Of a stretch of DNA of 64,000 nucleotides, positions 60,949-64,000 are shown piece after piece. This DNA comes from an uncultured Gemmatimonadales bacterium (GTDB lineage: Bacteria; Gemmatimonadota; Gemmatimonadetes; Gemmatimonadales; GWC2-71-9): the NCBI GenBank assembly GCA_963825055.1, contig CAWGSK010000007.1, positions 96,001 to 160,000 on the forward strand, given 5' to 3'. The position numbers and the translations under genes are program-made. Below the pieces are notes generated by a model. It had not been told where the DNA came from and did not search any database. It saw nothing but the letters and a program-made list of their open reading frames with translations. How positions within the stretch are numbered: position 1 is the first letter of the stretch; every line of letters begins with the position of its first letter.

Positions 60949-61780
60949 GGAACTTCCCGCGCGTGGCGAGGCGGGCCGCGATGCTCAGTACCAGGACCAC
61001 CAGGATCAGGACCAGCGCTGCCGCCCACGCCATGCGGTGCCATTCCTCATAGGGGCCCGTGGCGTAGACGAACACCGCAAGCGGCAGCGCCGCCATCGGC
61101 CGGGACGGGTCGAGCGAGAAGAACTGGCTCCCGAGGGCCGTGAACAGGAGCGGCGCGGTTTCGCCCGCCACGCGCGCCACGGCGAGCAGTATCCCGGTAA
61201 TGATCCCGGGCAGCGTGGCGCGGACGACCACGGTCAGGCTGGTCCGCCAGCGCGCATACCCAAGGGCCAGCGCGGCTTCCCGGAGGCTGTTGGGCACCAG
61301 CTTGATCATTTCCTCGGTGGTGCGCATGACCATCGGCACCATGAGCAGGGCGAGTGCCACACTGCCGGCGAACGCCGAAAAGTGTTTCTGGGCCGCCACG
61401 ATCCACGCCCACGCAAACACTCCCACGACGATCGAGGGCGTCCCGTTCATGACGTCGGCCACGAAGCGGGTCGTGACGGCGAGGCGAGTCCCGGGGTACT
61501 CCGAGGCATAGATGCCGGCGCCGATACCGATGGGAAGGCCGAGGAGGCAGGCCAGTCCCACGATGATGAGCGTCCCCACGATGGCGTGGGCCACCCCGCC
61601 GCCAGTCTGCCCCGGCGGCGCCGGCATCTCGGTGAAGAACGCCAGGTTCAGGCTGCCCGCGCCCTTGATGACCAGGTTGAGGAGGATGAAGATCAGCGGC
61701 AGCAGCGCGAGGATGACGCACGCCGCCATGAGCCCCACCATCACCCGTCCGCGGAAGCGGCGTAAGGTCCGGCGGTTCAC
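60938..61780 (-). CDS. pstA: Phosphate ABC permease PstA
   Basis: [27 protein letters not shown]. Confidence 0.94.
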   Translation of the reverse strand: MNRRTLRRFRGRVMVGLMAACVILALLPLIFILLNLVIKGAGSLNLAFFTEMPAPPGQTGGGVAHAIVGTLIIVGLACLLGLPIGIGAGIYASEYPGTRLAVTTRFVADVMNGTPSIVVGVFAWAWIVAAQKHFSAFAGSVALALLMVPMVMRTTEEMIKLVPNSLREAALALGYARWRTSLTVVVRATLPGIITGILLAVARVAGETAPLLFTALGSQFFSLDPSRPMAALPLAVFVYATGPYEEWHRMAWAAALVLILVVLVLSIAARLATRGKFRVR

Positions 61781-62763
61781 AGCGCCCGGCTCCCCGGGCC
61801 GGCCCCGCGCGAGACCCGCCAGATGAGCAGGCGCGCGCCGGCGTTTACCACCACCGTCACCACGAACAGCAGCAGTGCGATGTAGGCCAGCGAGGCGAGG
61901 TGGATATCCGTCACCGCCTCGGTGAACTCGTTGGCGATCGCCGCCGCCATGGTGTAGCCCGGTGCCAGCAGGGATGAGGCGATCTCGTGCCGGTTACCGA
62001 TCAGCATGGTCACGGCCATCGTCTCACCCAGCGCCCGGCCGAGGCCGAGGATCACCGCGCCGATGATACCGCTCTTCGCGTAGGGCACGACCGCGGTGGT
62101 CACCGCCTCCCAGCGGGTGGCGCCCAGCGCGAGCGAGGCCTCGCGCTGGCTGTCCGGTACCGCGAGCAGCACCTCCCGGGTCACGGACATGATGTACGGC
62201 ATGATCATGATCGCGAGGATGAGGCTGGCGGACAGCATCGAGGGCCCGTAGATCGGCCCCTGGAAGAACGGCAGGAAGCCGAGTGTCGCCTGCAGGAAGG
62301 GAAAGAGCGTCTTCGTCAGGACGGGAATCAGCACGAAGATGCCCCACAGGCCGTACACCACGCTGGGGATCGCCGCGAGGAGCTCGAGCATGAACGCCAC
62401 CGGCTGCCGGATGGCCTGGGGCGCGAACTCTGTCAGGTAGATCGAGACGCCGAGGGACAGGGGCACGGCGATCAGCAGCGCCAGCGCGGACGAGAGCAGG
62501 GTGCCGAAGATCAGGGGAGCCGCCCCGAATCGTTCGGCCACTGGATCCCAGACGCTGGAGAAGGCGAACCCGATTCCGAAACGCTCGATGGCGGGCCAGG
62601 CCCCATGGATGAGCTGCCAGGCCAGCATGACCATGAGGATCGGGATGCCGAGCGCCGCCACCGTCAGCAGCAGGCGGAACAGGCGATCGGCATGCCCGGA
62701 CCGCTTGAGCGACTCCGGGACGATCTGGGTCGATCCGGTGGACGGCTGCACGGGTGTGGTCAT
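61777..62763 (-). CDS. pstC: Phosphate ABC permease PstC
   Basis: LAAIPSVVYGLWG, GRALGETMAV. Confidence 0.95.
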   Translation of the reverse strand: MTTPVQPSTGSTQIVPESLKRSGHADRLFRLLLTVAALGIPILMVMLAWQLIHGAWPAIERFGIGFAFSSVWDPVAERFGAAPLIFGTLLSSALALLIAVPLSLGVSIYLTEFAPQAIRQPVAFMLELLAAIPSVVYGLWGIFVLIPVLTKTLFPFLQATLGFLPFFQGPIYGPSMLSASLILAIMIMPYIMSVTREVLLAVPDSQREASLALGATRWEAVTTAVVPYAKSGIIGAVILGLGRALGETMAVTMLIGNRHEIASSLLAPGYTMAAAIANEFTEAVTDIHLASLAYIALLLFVVTVVVNAGARLLIWRVSRGAGPGSRAL

Positions 62764-62772
62764 GGCGGGTGG

Positions 62773-62826
62773 AGTCTACTCGGGGCCGGCGGTGACCATG
62801 TCACGGCAATGTAACGGACGTGTCAC
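62773..62826 (-). promoter_or_regulatory. Pho-box-like triple 11-bp repeat plus -10 (TAGACT) upstream of pstC
   Basis: TGTCAC/TGTAAC/TGTCAC at 62799, 62810, 62821 (+ strand); -10 at 62773-78. Confidence 0.6.
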
Positions 62827-62838
62827 GGGGGAGGAATG

Positions 62839-62873
62839 CAGGACGGCCGGCCCCGTGGGGGGCCGGCCGCCTG
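62839..62873 (-). terminator. GC hairpin after pstS
   Basis: cggccggcccc-gtgg-ggggccggccg. Confidence 0.6.
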
Positions 62874-62899
62874 TGACGATGGGCCGCTCGACGTGCCGC

Positions 62900-63976
62900 T
62901 CAGCTGGCCGGGAGGGCCTTTCCCGCGGCCTGAAGCGTCTTGATCTTCGCCTCGACCAGGCCCTTCACGGTATCGGGGAGCGGGGCATAGCCCAGGTCGC
63001 TCGCCATCGACTGTGCCTCGGGCGAGATCATCCACTCGAGGTAGTCACGGATAACCTGGGCCTCGCCGGCGTCGGTCGCGTCCGCGTGGACCAGGAGCCA
63101 GGTGAAACTCGCAATCGGATACGCGTCTGCGCCCGGGGCGTTGGTGATGGAGACCCGGAAATCGGTGTCCGGCGTGAGGTTCGCGCTGGCGGCCGCCGCC
63201 GAGACCGCTTCCAGCGTCGGCTGGACGTAGTTCCCTGCCGCGTTCATCACCTCGGCGTAGGGCAGGTCGTTGCTCCTCGCATAGATCAGCTCGACATAGC
63301 CGACCGTGCCCTCCACCTGCTTCACCTGCTGCGTCACGCCCTCGTTGCCCTTGCCGCCGAGCCCGACTGGCCAGTTCACGCTCGTCGCGGCGCCGACCCG
63401 TGACTGCCAGTCGGACGACACCTTGGACAGGTAGTCGGTGAAGACGAACGAGGTCCCGGAGCCGTCCGACCGGTGCACCACGATCAGGTCGCGGTCGGGG
63501 AGCGGGATACCGGGATTGAGCGCCGCGAGACGGCGGTCGTTCCATTTGGTAATCCGGCCCAGGAAGATGTCCGCCAGCGCCGCGCCGTCGAGCTTGAGCT
63601 GGGCGGTCCCGAGCGAGGGCAGGTTGTAGGTCACCACCACCGCGCCCAGCACGGTGGGGATGTGCACGACGTTGCCGTTGACCTTGGCAATCTGCTCATC
63701 CGTCATCGGGCCATCGGTGGCGCCGAAGTCCACGGTGCCCTCCGTGAACTGGCGGATGCCGCCGCCGGAGCCGATGGACTGGTAGTTGATCTGTACGCCC
63801 GTCTTCTGGGCGTAGGCGCCGAACCACCGGGTGTAGATCGGGTTCGGGAAGGTCGCCCCTGCGCCGGTCAGCTGCGTGGGCAGGTCGGCCTTGGCACCGT
63901 CGCCCGAGGACCCGCAGGCGGCCACGGCGCCCGCCAGCGCGGCGGTGGCAAGGAAACTCCGGAAAGTACGGGACAT
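62900..63976 (-). CDS. pstS: Phosphate-binding lipoprotein PstS
   Basis: VAAC lipobox, GAGATFP, GSGGG, DFGATD, RSDGSGTS, GKGNEGV. Confidence 0.96.
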   Translation of the reverse strand: MSRTFRSFLATAALAGAVAACGSSGDGAKADLPTQLTGAGATFPNPIYTRWFGAYAQKTGVQINYQSIGSGGGIRQFTEGTVDFGATDGPMTDEQIAKVNGNVVHIPTVLGAVVVTYNLPSLGTAQLKLDGAALADIFLGRITKWNDRRLAALNPGIPLPDRDLIVVHRSDGSGTSFVFTDYLSKVSSDWQSRVGAATSVNWPVGLGGKGNEGVTQQVKQVEGTVGYVELIYARSNDLPYAEVMNAAGNYVQPTLEAVSAAAASANLTPDTDFRVSITNAPGADAYPIASFTWLLVHADATDAGEAQVIRDYLEWMISPEAQSMASDLGYAPLPDTVKGLVEAKIKTLQAAGKALPAS

Positions 63977-64000
63977 CGTCACGTCCTGGTTCGAGGTCTG

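Overview
High-GC (roughly 70%) bacterial core-genome window. Gene content and order suggest Gemmatimonadota (inference). It contains, in order: a clade II N2O reductase operon (cyt c-nosZ-nosB-nosL-nosD-nosF), mutM plus a short UvrC-like nuclease, purD, a cystathionine lyase/synthase, REC-HD-GYP, glmM-glmS, dtd-maf, an FHA-GAF adenylate cyclase, trpE, a PilB/GspE-REC fusion, a hybrid kinase, tRNA-Leu/tig-clpP-clpX-engB, hutU-hutI, degP, dnaK, general-stress genes, deoC-ALDH16-like, and pstSCABB-phoU-ppx. No prophage, IS or CRISPR was seen. Several single-base frameshifts (nosZ, glmM, clpX) look like long-read errors. Best leads: (1) a frameshift-hidden operon behind tandem Fur-like boxes encoding porin + SGAT FMN-binding protein + THTH 4-TM protein + Tat-type ApbE, a candidate flavin-based reductive iron-uptake module; (2) five intergenic loci with the same G-rich-array / spacer / C-rich-array 7-8 bp repeat layout, which supply stop codons or apparently form whole 5' UTRs; (3) probable CTG starts in CTGA overlaps; (4) a structured ~200-nt intergenic element, an internal Pho box and a sigma54-like dnaK promoter.
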